A stretch of 64,000 nt of DNA from assembly GCF_009914755.1 (NCBI RefSeq), contig NC_060930.1. One strand, 5' to 3'. Below the pieces are notes generated by a model that worked only from the letters and a program-made list of their open reading frames with translations, searched no databases and was not told the DNA's origin. Shown one piece after another: positions 17,718-33,115 of the stretch (its first letter is position 1; each line of letters begins with the position of its first letter). The stretch comes from the human T2T-CHM13v2.0 reference genome, Homo sapiens. Both the position numbers and the translations under genes were made by a program.

Positions 17718-20700
17718 ATCAGTAAATTAAGTGATTGTTCTAGGTGTCCGTAGGCTGGTGATGTTTGGCATCATCTGAAACAGGCTGAGAAAATACAAGC
17801 CTGGAATTATAGAATAATTCCCTTAGTCACTCAACCAACATTTACCACTAGTTTCCAACTCCTCTGCTAGGTACCGAAATAAAAATGTAAAATAGAGTCT
17901 CCAGTTTCTGAAGGTCACGGTGAAGTTGAATTGCTCCTCCGGGTGAATGGAAATGTGTTGGTTTTAGTGAATTGTCCCACTTTAGAGATGACTATAAGAG
18001 AATATAAAGACTGTGACTCAGCTCTTTACTTTTTCTACAAAATATGAAACTCATTAAGGTAACCTTATAACTGTATTAACTCTGTATTAATTACAGAGTG
18101 TAAACATATCTGTGGAAGGCAAACTACACAGAAATATTTAAAGGAACTCAAACACTAAGATATAAGTAAATGCCTTTGTTATTATAGCTACTGTTATCAA
18201 TTACTACCTAACTAAACTTTGATTTCCTTTCTACATCTAGAAAACCATGACTTATTTTATCAACAAAGCTTCTAGCATTTAAGTGCTCAAGGCCTTCAGC
18301 TGTTCCATGGCTTTCTAAAAAGTCACTTAAAATCTCAAGAAGAAAGCTATTTCTAAGGAGAAATAGAAAAGACAAAAAAAAAATCGTCTTTTTCCCGAGG
18401 TCTGTACCAAGCATGTAAAAATCCCCCTAGCTACTAAGTTCATTCAGATAATCTTCCTCTTTCTCTTTATCAAAGTTCAGTTAGCACTGACCCAATCTCA
18501 TTTTTGACCAGCCTGCAATTTGATACACCTCTCTAAGCAACTTGTTTTTTCAAAAGGTTCCAAATATAATTATTCTCTGAATATTATAAAAATGATTTGG
18601 TATAGCATAATAGTATTGGAAATAAAAGCAAACAATACTTTTCTTATAGTATTTATTAATTTTAAAAATGAGAATACAGTACTTCCTACCTTTACCTGAC
18701 CCCAGGAATATTGTATAGAAACTATAATAATGAAATGCTCAGTCCCCAACATATTTTTATCTACACAAGAATCCCAAATACAAAAGTACTTCAGATTTCT
18801 AGCTCCACTTCCAGTCCAGGATGAATAGGATATAGGGATCATTAATGAACAAATGAGATGGAGAGGTAAAGACAGACCAAGTCCTGCATGACCCTATAAG
18901 CCATATTAAGTTTGGACTTGAACTTACAGGCTAATGGAAAGCCAATGAAAGGTTTTAAGTAAGGAAGCTTGAAACATTTATCTTTCATTACTGAAAATAT
19001 TATAGCTTCTCTGCTAGGAAGGGACTGGTCCCTTTCAGTAGCATTTTTCATGTTACAATATCCAAGTTGTCAAGACATAAAACTGTAAATTGTTTAATAT
19101 CTATCTATCTGTCTGTCTGCCCATCTATTGAAAGCATGTCCTTTCTCATAGCAATGGCTTATCTTTCATTTAAGGCTAATCAAGTGTGTCTGGGACTGTT
19201 CTCTGGAGGTAAATAATGTAAGTCATTGTCTGATTGGAAAAATAAGGGGTCTCAGAGCCAAGTGTCCCCCACATTAAAAAGCCTTTGTCTCTGATCTCCT
19301 GATACACAAATAGTAAATAAAATTGGTCACTGTCTGGACTAATCCACTAACATTTGAGGGTACCAGGAAGGACTCTGATTATAGAGAAATTCTCAACAAA
19401 CATGAATCTGCCTCTTCAGGTCTGAAACTCATTTATTAGCTTATTCATTCAGCCATTATTTGAGTACCTGTTTCGTGCCTGGAGATAAAATGGTGCTGGC
19501 AACACAAAGGTGAGCAAAAACAGAGCTGGCCCCTCCTTTCTTCAGCTTACAGCCTAGACCTTTATAAGCCTCCAAAATGGTAGAGGGAAGAAAAAATACA
19601 CCTTGATATTCTATTTGTAAATAATTAATATAAAAATAATTCAAGTTTTTAACCAATTAAAAATTCTACCTGTGATACACTTAGCTTTGAATATCAGCAA
19701 AGTTCCCCTCCCATGAAATAAGTAACACCTACTTGTCACCAAGAAAAGCCCAGCACATGAAGACACCCAAGAGTTAAGAGTGAACTTCAAAAAAACTCGG
19801 GCTAGTTCTGATGCTAACTTCTTCATCAGGCCTCCCTTCTGGATAATGGCACAGACCAGCCCCTTAGGGTACCATGCCTGCCAAATATAGGAAGAAAATT
19901 TACTCATTCCTATACTGCTCTTCCTCCACAGAGTTGCACACACACAAACAACATTAACATCCAGTAGAGGTTTATACAAGACATTTTCTCCCTACACAGG
20001 GAAGGGAATCACCATTATTTCCATTTTGTGCATTGATTTGAGGACCAGAGCCTTACCCAAAACCATAAAAGAGTCTGTGACTGACTCAAATTTGAAGTCA
20101 GGCTCCAGTTTGCTGACCAAACTGCAATGAATCAACCTTGTTGTATTGTCTGCACATAAGCATCCTATCTTCTGGCTTGAAGGGTAGCTACGTTTTGACT
20201 ACAAAAGAGGGCAATTCAGTCCATCTTCTTTTACAGCCAACTTGCAGATAAATTATTTTGAATTTACCAATTTGCAACAATGTTTCCAGCCCACAAAACC
20301 CTCTCCTGTTGACCAAGATATTCTACAGTTAGAGAAAAAAAACAAATTATTGTTGAATATCATATTTTTATCAAAATTACTGCCTTCCTTCAGATTTTGT
20401 TTTATCCTAACTGGTAGCTATGAAGTCTTGAAACTATAGGCAGAGGGTAAAATGCCAAGTGACTCACACAGGCCTGATGCACAAAGAGATCACAAGCAAC
20501 ATCTCAGGAAAGTTCTGTGTTGTAACATTTCTAGATAACTGCATTGGAAAGCATTATCTGAAGCATGCATCTACTGAATCTGAGGCTGGCTTAGTGCTAA
20601 CTAGAAGCAACCAAGTATACAATCCCTGGGATTAAAAAAAAAAAAGGCTGTGATAGGTTCATCATTTAATACCTCACTCTGAAATCCTCAAATGCTTGTC

Positions 20701-21179
20701 AAGGATGAAGGAATTCTACAATGAACCTGACAGTGAGTCAGAAGAAGATGCTTCATTTCAATAAACCAAGAATATGCATTTCCATGACATAGAAACCCCA
20801 GATGTAATGGACTTAAAAAGATCTGAATGTCCTCAAAACTGTGAACTAAAAAACAGTTGAGAGAAAATGAGATCATGTTCCAAGCTACACCAGAAAAACA
20901 TGTTTCTGTGAAGTCAAAGTAACAAGGAGAATGCCGGCAAGCAAATGGATCCACTTCTCCATCCGTCCCTCCCTCGCAATAGAAGGAAAAACACTTCAAT
21001 ATGCATTCTGAAGATAACAGAAGCAAAAGCAATCCAAGGTCTTTATTACCCAGCTAATTCTTTCAGTAATCCAGTTTGCTTTGTATATAGAAGCAGCCAC
21101 TATCTGTAAATAAAATTGTAACTTAAGCCTGATATTCAGCCATATCTCCTGTTATCTCTGACAGTCCAAAAGTAACAAA

Positions 21180-21500
21180 AACTAGCATTAATTGAGTTCT
21201 TACTCTGGACCAGGCTGTGTGCTAATGGCTTTACAAATATCCCCTCATTTAATACTGAAAACATCCATACGAGACAGGCAATACATTGTGATATTGCCAT
21301 GCAACAATGATAAATGCTAGCTCTCATTGTTACTATTATTGTCATTATAACCAGGTATCACCTTAATGAGGAAAAACCTGAGACTTACAGAAGGTCTGCA
21401 ACTTGCCCAAGGTCACAGAGCTGGGAAGTAGTGGAGCCCAGATTCAGGCTCAGTTCTTTGTGGCTAGAAATACTGCCAAGCATTTAACTGCTTTAGTATA
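21180..21500 (-). mobile_element. MIR
   Basis: Core gaggaaaaacctgagactta...acttgcccaaggtcacagagct. Confidence 0.7.
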
Positions 21501-23489
21501 AGCCAGTAGACCAAAAAATAGAAAATCACATTAAAGGAAACCAGTGCACTATTAAGCAGCAACAGAGACTGGAAACAAGTTTCTGCTCAGACACAAGCAC
21601 TGGCATTGTGAGTAGTAAGAAACTACAAACTGTCTTCCTTTTTTATTGTATATATTTAAGGCAAACAACAGGATGTTTTCATGTGTGTATGTGTGTGGAT
21701 AAATATGTATTATATATAATGCAGTAATTACTATAGTCAAACAAATTAGCATATCAATCACTTCACAGTTACCTTCTTTTGTGTTGTGTGTGTGATAGGA
21801 GTACCTACACCTAACAGCTCAACACCAAGGAGAGAGTTCATTCTCCCCTAATTGACCCTTTCATTAATCATTATCGTTACACTACTTCACATCAAGCTGC
21901 TTGATGACCAGATCAGAAAGAGATTCATTGCTTCATTCAGGAAATATGAATGTTTCCCCAACTACAGACCACAACCCAAGATCCTTGCCCGGGATGCAGA
22001 ATGCTCTGACAAGAGGGTAACGTTCCTTCTTTGTGATTATGGCTCATCATAATTACTTGGAATAAAAATAATAAATTTTAATTCAGCAATGCCTATGGCC
22101 ATTGGGCATCTTAACATAAAAGAATGAAAATATAATTAACTAAATCAAGGCAATATGCCTATTTCCATCCCAGCTCATTAGTATTAATTGATTGGGTTAA
22201 TTCTCTTTTGTGTTTAACGGTGCCCCTAAAAAATATTTTTTTTTTAAAAAAGGGAGGGAGGGCAGGAAGGAGGGAAGAAGTAGAGATAGTAAGTAGACAA
22301 AAGTTCTGGATCTTTTTCTAATTAAAATAAAATAATAAATGCAGCTGAAGCTCTTATCACAGTCACAAAAGAATCTGCTACTTTTTAAGTTGGGAGTCAG
22401 TACATATAGCATCATAAATAATGACACAAAACATTGGGGCCACTTCTCAATTGCCCCCCAAAAATTTATGACCCTGCCTTCTACTATATAAGTAATATGT
22501 GTAAGAAAAAAATGTCAATTCTATTTTATAGATGAAAATATGAGTAAGGCACAGAGAGTTCAAGACTCTTGAGGGTCCATAAAGTGTTGGTTTTCCTGTT
22601 GTACGAGCCCAGTTTTCTACATATCAGGATGCTGGCTTCCATGAATGGAAAAATAATATAAAGGATGTAATACCTTCATAAAGTATTTCCAAATGTAGTT
22701 CTTAGGTGATCTAGTTTCACTGTTACTTAGCAGTAATCCTTTCAAAATATATATACTTCATGTAGAATGTATTCTTTGTAATATAGAAATGGCTGAGAAA
22801 GTACTTCCATTATAATACTTCATATTTTGTCGGTTAAAATCTTTTGAAGAAATTATTTTTGGCTTGAAATTTCTCAGGCTTTATCTAAGCCTGCAGATGG
22901 TATCAGAAAAAGTAAAGAAAATTTCACTCAGCTATTTTTCTGACACTGTGAATGTATATGAAAAAGATAGTAACTAATATTTGGAGGGTGAGTTACTGTT
23001 GTTGTTGTTGATGATGATTGTGATTATTCAATCTTATATTTGAAGAGCTCTTTATTATCTTTCAAGTACTTTCACACATATTATAGACCAAGGGAAGACA
23101 TTAAAAGAGGTTTACAGCTATGTTACATTGACCAGATATTTGAAAGTTGTAGTTCTTCACCAGTGAAGACTTTGGTCATATGCCTTTTAGAAACAGAAAT
23201 ATAACTTACCAACAGATTTTGTATTCCTAACAATTCATCATAATATGCAAATATATATAGACATATGTGTGTATGTACATATTTTGCATGTGTAAATATG
23301 TATATGTGAATATGTAAGTGTATATGTGCGTACTTATACATACGTGTGTGTGTGTGTGTGTGTGTAATCAGTGAGAACAACTAAGGACAGTGAAAGTAAA
23401 TTAGCTGGGAAAAGTGGTATTTAAGAGAGCAAGGGTTTAAAATATACACTTCTTAAATTTCACCCAGGACCATTTACTTGTCCATTCTT

Positions 23490-24750
23490 TCTACAATCAA
23501 CATAAAATTTTTGAGCCTTCGTCATGCATCAGGCACTGTTCTAGACCCTGAAGAGACAACAGTAAATAAATTGATGAAATCCTTTGTCTTTTTTGAGCTT
23601 ATTCTAGTAGAGGAGACAGACTATAAACAAGCAAGTAAATTGATAATATACCATGTGATGATAAGTACTATGAAGAAAAGTAAAGCAACATCAAAGGATA
23701 AAGAGTCCTGGGGGGTGGCTGTAATTTTAGAAATGATGGCCAGCAAGTCCTCCCAGATTAGTTGATATTTTCTCAAAGAGCAAATGAAATAGGTGAGCCA
23801 GCCACATGAATGTGGAAGAAGAGCATTCCAGGCCATAGACATTACAGGCAAAGGTCCTGAGGCAGGTATATTCATAGAAGAGCTAGAGCAGAGTGAATGA
23901 GAAAGACAAGGTCAACAAGGGGATCAGAGGTTAAATAATAGTAAGGACCAGTGATTTGATTCCCAGTGAGTTGAGATTCCACTGGAGGTTTTGAGGAGAG
24001 ATTTGACTTAAATTTTTAAAGGAAATGGACCATAAACTGCTGGGGGTTTACTTTACCATATAGCATAAAAGCCAAATATCCATTACTTAAACCCATGAAG
24101 CCTTATTTTCCTGTCACAAAAAGTTATTTCAGAGGTGGGTGGTTGAATGCCTTATCATGGCAACTCCAGAGTCATCAGGGTCCTGGGTTTGTCCTATTCT
24201 TCCGCTTTTCCATTCTAACTAACAAGTAGCATCATGGTCCAAAATAGTGGCCGAAAATGTTGCTATTACATTTATATACCAGCAAGTAGGAAAGAGAAAG
24301 AAGGAAGGGAAAATAGGGTGTAGTTCCTACTGGGTCATCTCTACTTTTGGAAATTTCTCAGATGTTCTGCAGGGTACTTCTTCTATCTCATGGTAAGCCC
24401 TTAGCCACATGGCTATGTCTAGCTACAAAAGTGTTCAGGAAACAGAGCATTTCAGCTGAGTACTTTGTTGCCACCAATGAAATTAGGGTTTTACTACTAA
24501 TGAAAACAAGGAATCTGAAATATGGGAACAAAATAAGAGGCAATTTAAGATGGTCTAGGCCAAAAATGTGGTGGTTAAGACTAGGTTAGTACCAATGAAG
24601 TGTTGCTACATGGGACACATGTTGAAGATCCAGCCGACGGGGTTCACTGATGGGGTGGTCATAGGAGGTGAAAGAAAGAAGTCATGGATGCCTCCATGGT
24701 TTTTGGTCTGAGCCACTGGATGTATACAATTCCAGTAAGTGAGATGGAGA
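23490..24750. mobile_element. L2 (minus strand) fragments, interrupted by an MLT1-like LTR at about 24060-24500
   Basis: caggcactgttctagac, aagagcattccaggc, ggatgcctccatggtttttggtctgagc. Confidence 0.6.
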
Positions 24751-25846
24751 ATTTCCTCAAACTTTGATTTGTGTATATGTTAATATCTATGTGATCGCAA
24801 TATGTCTCAGACACAAATGATCTGCCCTTCACCTCCTCTCCGCTCTCCAACTCTAATCTTACACAACTGACACCAAGATTACCCCAGTATACATTCGGCC
24901 TCACTGCCAGCATCACTTATTTTAGAACCAGAAGTTTTAGTCTTTTACATTTACTTTCTAATTATTTTTCTTTGGTAATATTACATGTTACTGCCAGTAT
25001 TATTCTTCATTTTTTCTTGTATTTCACACAGGAATCCTAGGCCACTCAATAAGCATTCACAAATTATCTGTTGAACAAAATTTGATCTGTGTCCTTGCCC
25101 TGTTCTCATTCTTTCTAGAAGTTATGACCTATATCTCTATGATAAAAACCTCAGCGTTTCACTCTAGGTAGCTCTGTCTTTTGCCAACAACTCCTGTATC
25201 TTATTCGTGCAGAAACTGGAATCTACTACTTAGCCTTACATCCTACCTACTCCTCCTCCCCAAGAGAAAGAAGAGACCCTTCAGATGACTTACTCTCCCT
25301 CTCCACAGGATGAGGGTTTGCCTTTCCAAACCTAACTCACTTATCTAAATAATATGAGAGTGAAATATTACCTAAACCAGAAATGCTAAGAAAAACCACT
25401 ATTGGAGGTTGGGGCAAGTATTGGGATTGCTCAGATATTTAAATCCTTAAGAGTGAGAAGTCAAATGAATGTTATACTTATCCTGCCTTTCTCCTACACT
25501 TTTCTCTCCTTCTGATGCCTCTTCTCTGTTTTCAGCCTCTGGTGCTGTCAACACTATTCATGATTTACCTGGAAGTAACAGTACATCCAGAGATTTAGTA
25601 ATCCAAGACTTTCAGCTGGGAAACTTCTCCCAAATGGTAGTAGCAATATAAGGCCAAGACCTTTGAATGCCTGAAGGGGAGCCCATACTCCTGCAGAATT
25701 TGATTCATATGGAGAAAGCCCTGGTTAAAGGCCTGCCAAGAGTATCTTTTCTCTGAAATGAGGCTTTAGGTCTGTAATTTTCCTTTGTCATTGCTGGTCC
25801 TTAGGTAGTTGATGACTGTCTATAGTGGCATTCCCATAGCCACTAG

Positions 25847-25847
<1 letters not shown>

Positions 25848-25891
<44 letters not shown>
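25848..25891. repeat. (CA)n microsatellite
   Basis: Directly visible, one interruption. Confidence 0.95.
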
Positions 25892-26907
25892 AAGACAGGG
25901 CAAGAGCCCAAGCTGACAGACCATTTTATCCCCTAAAGGGCACTAATTAACTGATTTGACTGAAAACTTCTCCTTGCTATAGAAGAGAAAAAAAACAGCT
26001 TCCAGAATAGAGAATGACAAAATGCCTAAATCCTGATTCGGTCTAAAAGAGACAGGTATTAAAATTTCATTAGTTTATCCTCTTTAAAATATTTTATTTT
26101 TCCCCTCATGTAGCTATATTCTTATCTTAATAAGGATGAATGTTTGTGTGTTAAATATATTTATAGTAAAGAACAGTGTTTTAGTGCAGAGTTTCATAGA
26201 GATCCATAACTAATCATATCTCCCATGTAATTTTCATTTGCCAATGAACAGAGGCACTTTGATAACTATTCCTTATTTCCAGCCACTAAAGTAGGCCATG
26301 ATTTTTATTCTCATTTAGCAGATAAGGAAAGAAATGCACAAAGAGGTGAAATAACTGACTTAGCCATTTGAAGATGTGGTAGTAGGGTTGAAATTCGAAA
26401 TCTCAGCCTCTTCCAACTTCATAAACCCTAGAGCTATATAGCCGGTTTTGCAATAAGAAAGCCTATTTATATGACTTTCCATGGGACCAAGAAGTCAAAA
26501 CCACAACAGGGTAAAAGCAGGAAGACATGGCTTTCTTGGCAGGGTATTTCAAAGGCAGCAACGTTAACCAATTTCAGGGCATTTTGCTATATTGTGGGGG
26601 CTGTCCTGGATAAGCATGACTAAAAAGTGCTTGAATAAAGAAGCATATTCTTTGAGAACACTGTTAACCTTCTTGTTTTTGAAAAATTAAACTAATCAAG
26701 CTCTGTGCTTATAATGAGTCCAAAGAAAGGCCTTTCACTTTGAACCCTCTGACCACTTCTTCCTTTACATAGTAAAATTTCAGTTTGGTCTGAGGATAAA
26801 TTGTCAACTAAGTTCTGGAACTTATCCAGAAAGTTTCCCTCCTCCATCCCCCCTACAAGTGATATAATCATATAGAATAATATTACCAACCTACAAACTT
26901 CACACAC

Positions 26908-27064
26908 CTTTAATGTGCAGTAAGTTGAGGATGCTTGTGTTAGTGTCCAGCAGAAGCAATTGGCCATTCTCCACTGTGACGTTGTCGCCATCTTGTGGCA
27001 GCCTTTCAGGAAACCAGCTGTGAGTCCTGGACCATCTCCGGCAGAACTGTAAAGAAAAGTTGCC
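26908..27064 (-). CDS. PKHD1: PKHD1 internal coding exon, probably exon 36; start of first G8 domain
   Basis: Acceptor ttccag|GGCAAC (AG at 27066-27065) and donor AAAG|gtgtgt (GT at 26907-26906). 157 nt, phase 0-1. Translates [52 protein letters not shown](G) and joins the 1356 exon in frame. This frame is not listed in the ORF track. Confidence 0.96.
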
Positions 27065-27080
27065 CTGGAAAACAGAGAGC

Positions 27081-27165
27081 TGGGTTGGTGGGTTGGTTGG
27101 TTGGTTGGCTGGTCTGTTGCTTCGTTGGTTGGTTCGCTGGTTTGTTGGTTTGTTGGTTCATTCAT
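27081..27165. repeat. Imperfect (TGGT)n tetranucleotide repeat abutting the exon acceptor
   Basis: Directly visible. Confidence 0.9.
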
Positions 27166-30100
27166 TGTTTTTGGGCGGGATAGTATAAGTATTGAATCAA
27201 AATAGAAACTTCTCAAAGAAAGTAAAATTAATTTAAATATTTTAAATGTCTCCATAAAATTGGTTACCTCTCTCTTTTTCATACAACTAACCTAAACAGG
27301 AAAAAACATGAGAGGCAAAATTATATTTGAAGTTCTTCTGTGCCCAGCCCCTGGAATTCTCCAATAACATGCTGGTAATGTTTTCTTGCCTTTTTTTTCC
27401 CCTCTAGCACAGGCCCCATTCTACCTAACAGATGAGTTTGATTCCATTTATTTTTACAGATATGTATTGAATCTTGGACAAAAAGTCATAAATAGCCTGG
27501 AATAGGGAGAATTAAAATGTTCTGGTTGATGGGTGGCATTTTGCTTTATGTAATTGGTATCATTTTTCACTGGCTCTACTGCCAAGAGTCCCTGTTTTAT
27601 AGGAACATTCCTCTTCCTAAGTGCTCAGATCTATCCTCCCACTCGGCCTTTTTTGATATTATTGTTGCCTTTCCCCCTGTGCCTGGTGCATCAGGGCTGA
27701 ACAAAGCCCATGCAGGCATAGGCAGAATGCCGACTGACTTCAGATGACAAGTAAATAGTCTGGAACATTTGAGTGAGGGGTAGGGAGCTGTACTGACAGA
27801 AGAAGCCAGAAAAGGAAGCACTCCCTCTCCACCCCAGCCTTCAGTCCCTCTCTCAGAACTTCTGGCTTTCCTGTTAATTTGTGGTCACTCTGATGTCATA
27901 CGTTTTTTAAAACAGGGACATAAAAATCACAGAAAGCAATATTGAGCTCATGCAAGAGGCTGGTAACATGTCTAAATGCCTTGTGAAGTTGTAGAAGTAT
28001 AATTACGATAAACATAATAAAATCACAATAGAGAAGGTGATTCCTTCAAGGTAATAGATATGACATGTATAAGCCACTCTCTCCAGTCTTCTTCCCATTC
28101 AGATTCCAACAAATGTGAAGCCCAAGTTCCTATAAAAATAAACCACCTAGAAGGTCCTCTCATGATGTGTTAGAGGCAGATGGGAGAAGATCATTAGAAG
28201 GGAAGGCATGTTTGTAATACCGACAACTACACCTACACAGAGAATAGTGCTCTATAGTATTTCTGAGATAGAAAATGGAAAATTGTGTTGCCAGAAGAGC
28301 CGTTACGTTTTCCAGAAAAAGATACAAACCCCAAGGTCAACAGTGCTAAGTTGCAGACCCAACACAATCACTGAGAAGGCTTTGCAATTTATTCGTTTTC
28401 TACATCTGCAAAGAAGTAAAAGTCTATGACTCATCACAATTTAAGAGATGGAAAGAAATAAGGCATAGTGATAACCAGTTCCAGTATCACAGAAAAAAGA
28501 ATAGGTGATCCAGGAGCATCGTTGTGAACTGCAGTATCTGTAGGCTACAAAAGTAGGAGAGAATTTTAACTCTAGATGATTTCACTATAGGACTAGCTTT
28601 AGGTTGGTAAAATAATAAACAGTACTTCTTATAAGGCTATATATATTATACATTCTTATAACCCTTTAATTTACTCCTGTAGAATACAGAAAGAGGAAAG
28701 GGAGGCAAATCAAAGGAAACTGGAATGAAAGAAGGTGGGAAAAACAGAGATGGTAAAGTAAACTGCAGAACAGGGTGAACCAGGTTATCTGTAGTGTCAG
28801 CTGCGAGTCCATGATAAAAGGACATTTGAAAACTCTTGGATTTCCAGAAGCCCAGAGATGGAAAGGACTCTAGCAAAATCCTATCCCATAATTTTACAGA
28901 TGCTATTTTAGGCAGTGTTCCTTAGAGCTTAATAAAATGTAGATTTCTCTAGTGTCATCATATACCTGTGAAATCAAAAGCTCAAGAATTGGGACCCAGA
29001 GACCTACAATTTTAATGATCCCCTCAGATGACACTTCTGCATCAAAATTTAAGGATCAATTCAGAGCAAGGGCTGGAGGAGAAGGAGATATATCTTTAAA
29101 AGGAACCAAGATGTTTTCTCCAAACCAACATCCAAAGCTTAGGGTCTTTGGCCAGGATCGCCCAAAGACTAGCAAGCTAGGAAGAATGATGTGTTGATGA
29201 ACTGTAAGAAATATGAAGACTTCAGCAGCATAACGCTTTCTGAGACATTAACCTGGTGGTCAGATCCATAACCCAGCCACAGAACTATGAAGAAAACCAG
29301 GGCTCATTACACACACAGTAAAATGATCGGGAACAACTAGACATTAGTTAGATATTTAAGTGGGTCAAAGGTAGACTATTTCATGGTGTTATCCATTAAT
29401 TAATTTGAGAACATTTTTAAATTTTTATGATTAGCACAGATATCTGTTATCTAGCTCTCAATAAGCTTTAGAGACTTTCTTGCTCTGAAGCACTTGCTTA
29501 TGCCATTTGCTGCCTTCCATGTGCTATAACCTCTTGGCCTAGCCTGTCAGCCTTCAAAGATTGCTATACTTGGTCCCAACCCAGTAGGTGGAAAGGTCAA
29601 ATACTGTTATCTCTACTTTCCAGTGGAGAAAGCAAAGGCTCAAAGTGTTTAAATGATGTGTCAAAGTTCATAGTGATGGAGGCAAACTGGAGTCACAAAA
29701 AGGAAGCTCCCATCTGAAGTTTTTCCCTTACCATGGCCTCTCCCGGGATGCTCTTTCCCAAAAGATCTGCATGGCTCACTCCCTTACTTAATTCATGCCT
29801 CTGCTCAGGTATCACCTCCTTACCTGTATTATTATTTTTAAAAAGCACCCCCAATCATTCCTTCATTCCTTCTCCCCTAATAATGCCTCATTCTAGTATT
29901 AAATAATACAATTCCTTGCATATTTGGTTATCACTTACTAAGCTTACTCAAATGAAGCAGAGACTTGGTTTGGGTCATTGCTATATTCCCACCTCCCTAA
30001 AAGATGTCTAGCACATAGTAGTTGCTCAATAAATGTTTTTGAATAATTTATTAAATGAATCTTATACCTGCTGGTGCCATACATGCTTTTACAGATATCA

Positions 30101-33100
30101 CACACAAACACACACACATCTCTTCCTAATGCAATAGGTGAAGATACAGGTGCTAAGACCTTAAAAATGCTATATCCCCTAGGTCTTCTGAAACATTTAC
30201 ATCCCTTTTCGTGTTTTCAAGCTCCATTTAAACATAAACCAAATGATGAATAGTGCTACTTAATTGGAACCTGAGACTCAGATTCGATCTCATAAAATCT
30301 TCCACCAATTTTTTCTTTCACCTTAAGTTTCTCTAGTCAATGTGGCCAATTTCAAATGAATACAGATGTTTAAGCATTCAGTTTCAAGAGACCTAAGTTT
30401 CCTTGTGCCCTGAATTCCCCTTAGCATAACAAAGATATCTTGAGATGTATAAATGTTTATTGATGTACTCATGCTTTTACACAAAATAATTACTAAATAC
30501 TAAAAAATCTAAAAATTACTGCAGCATCCACTGCTTACCAGCTACCTGGGGAAATAGAAGAGCAGCATATCTCTATGATTGCAAGTTATCAGTGTAATCC
30601 ATGATTACATGCACGTTGCCATAAGAATTTTAGCTCTCCTACATTTTCAGTTAACAGAGCTGGTGCTATCATTCCCTCCCAGGGAAATGCTCCATGAAAC
30701 AGTGAGGATGGCTCACCCTCCAACATCTTCATCCTCCAATCCATGTCACTTTGATCCAATCAAGAAAAAAAAAATGCCAACAGCATTGATTAAAGATTTT
30801 GTGAATATATTTGAGAATGTCTCTGTTGATACCAACATATTTTTGGTGAAGGCCATGTTCCGTGTCAACAGCCCAGCTTACTTCCACCTAATATAAGCTC
30901 TTTCCTCTATAGTTCCCATGATGCTCAGCCTTTAGCTTTAGTGTTCTTCCTGGAGATAAACACATCACTCATTCTTATTCTGCAGATGAAGAAAATCAAT
31001 TCCTCATAGGCATATGGGGGCAGCCGTGAAAATAGAGATACAAGAATTGCCCAGAACGTGACCTCATCTTTGCATCTAGCCCCAAATAAACCCCAAAAAA
31101 AGCAGAAAAAAACTTTCCTGCCTCAGCTAGGAAGCTTATGCAATTTGTTTTCTTCTTACAGCATGTCAGCACTTCTCTGAACTTCAGGGAATGTGCAGTG
31201 TCTGCAAATCTTACATGTCACCTTAAATGTACTTGCAACACCACCAGAGTTATCTTGAAAGAAGTCATTGATCAGCAAGTTGGAACACCCGGCAAAGCAA
31301 AGACCTATTTGTGAGTGTATGCATTGAGCTGGGGTGGCAGAGGAGGTGGCGTATGGGAATCTCTGTAATCACAGTGTCTCCTGGCTGACAAGAACAAGAA
31401 ATAACTGTTCTGACACCTCACCAAAATGTCTTCTTCCTCAGCATCCAAATCCTGGAAATAGGAAAAGACAAGTCCCTGTAACCATTTTCTCCACTCCGTA
31501 TCCTTCTTTATTTTCTCCAAAGCACTCATCTCTACCTAATACAATGTATACTGGTTTATAATCAGTCAACCCCTAATAGAATGTAAGCTTCACAAGAGTG
31601 TCTTGCTTTTCTGCTGTATCCCTAGAACCTACAATAATGCCTGGCATCTATTGGCTACCCCAAAAATATGTTTGAATGAATAAATGGTCAACTCTTATTT
31701 GGACTTATGATGCCATAATGAAAAATCTTTAATAACTGAAATAATATGATATGAAGCTATAATTTAATTTTGTTCAGTTCTTCTTTACATTGAAATGTTT
31801 TAATTTTTACGAAACCAACTTTATTTACCTTTTTTGTGACATTCTTCATTATGTTATAGATGAAACATCCTCTTTCACCCTGACATAAATAACACTTATA
31901 TGTCCTTCTTGATTGGTGGGTTTTATATCTGCATGTTACTCCTCAACTAACTTACAATTTATGTTGATGGAAAGTTTTATACTTTTTTCTTGTTTTTATT
32001 CCTTGCTATTTTTCCCCCAAATAGCTAACTGATTGTCTTCATACCATTCATTAAATAACATTTATTCTCCCAATTAATACTCTTGGCTATTTTAACAGTT
32101 GAATTATAATGTTCAATGACATTAAACCTATTGGCCAATTAAAATCCCAAATCCTTTTGTATGAGCTAATATAAAGGCGTTTCTCCCAAATAAATGTGAC
32201 CTCATCCTTGTTCTTAAGGTACTTATATTATCATTTAGAAAAATACAAATAGCCAGATAATTAAAGTGTGATTGATTCAATAATTAAAGGCATAACCAAG
32301 ATGCTATGGGAGTTCAGAGGATTAGATGGCTGACCACAGTGGAGATGGCCTTGCAGGGGAAATCAAGTGCATTAAACATCGTTTTCTCTTTTTAATCTGG
32401 ACACAACAGATGACACAGGCTGAGATTATTTCAGCTGATTATAAAACAAAAGATAGTGTAGAAAAGTCAACTATCTACAAATCCAGGATTATGAATAGAG
32501 CCCCTAACCTATAATCTAATAACTCTTTAGGGACCAAAAAGGAAATTGAATTAGTTTGGTATAATTTATTCTTACTGACCTCATGCAGGCTCTAAGTGAT
32601 CACTTTCTTTTCTCGGTGGTTATAAACCCCTCATGATTACAAGATAACATGAGAATGTCCTTCCACACTGCACTGTGTAGCACATTGACTACTCAAAGAA
32701 ATGTCAACAGTACTTTTTGTCAGAGATTCCTGCCCAGTTCAAATTGACCCTTTCTCATCATTAGAAAACCAGGCAATTCATTGTCTTATCTCTTGGTTCC
32801 ACACACTTCCTATCCTCTGCGATTTCTCAAAGGTTGCTGACTCTACCTCAGTGCTTCATATATCTAAGTTATTAGCCCTCTTAAGCTTCAGAGGATTTTC
32901 AAAGTCTGCAGACAGGACAAATTTACAGTCTTCTTTTATCGTTTCCTCTATTTGAATCTTCAAATCTCCTCTAATAGTATCTCTTCTGAATTTTAAGTCC
33001 AAAGACCTTTTCACTTGTGGGAGAAAAAATGATAATGATAGCTACTGATTACTTAATATTTCTAATGTCCCAAGCACAATGCTATACATTTTACTTACAG

Positions 33101-33115
33101 TATCACTAATCCTTA

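Noticed and set aside
26692-27282. 196 aa minus-strand ORF
   Set aside because: An alternative frame across the real exon and the (ACCA)n repeat; the true frame is defined by the splice sites and fibrocystin identity.
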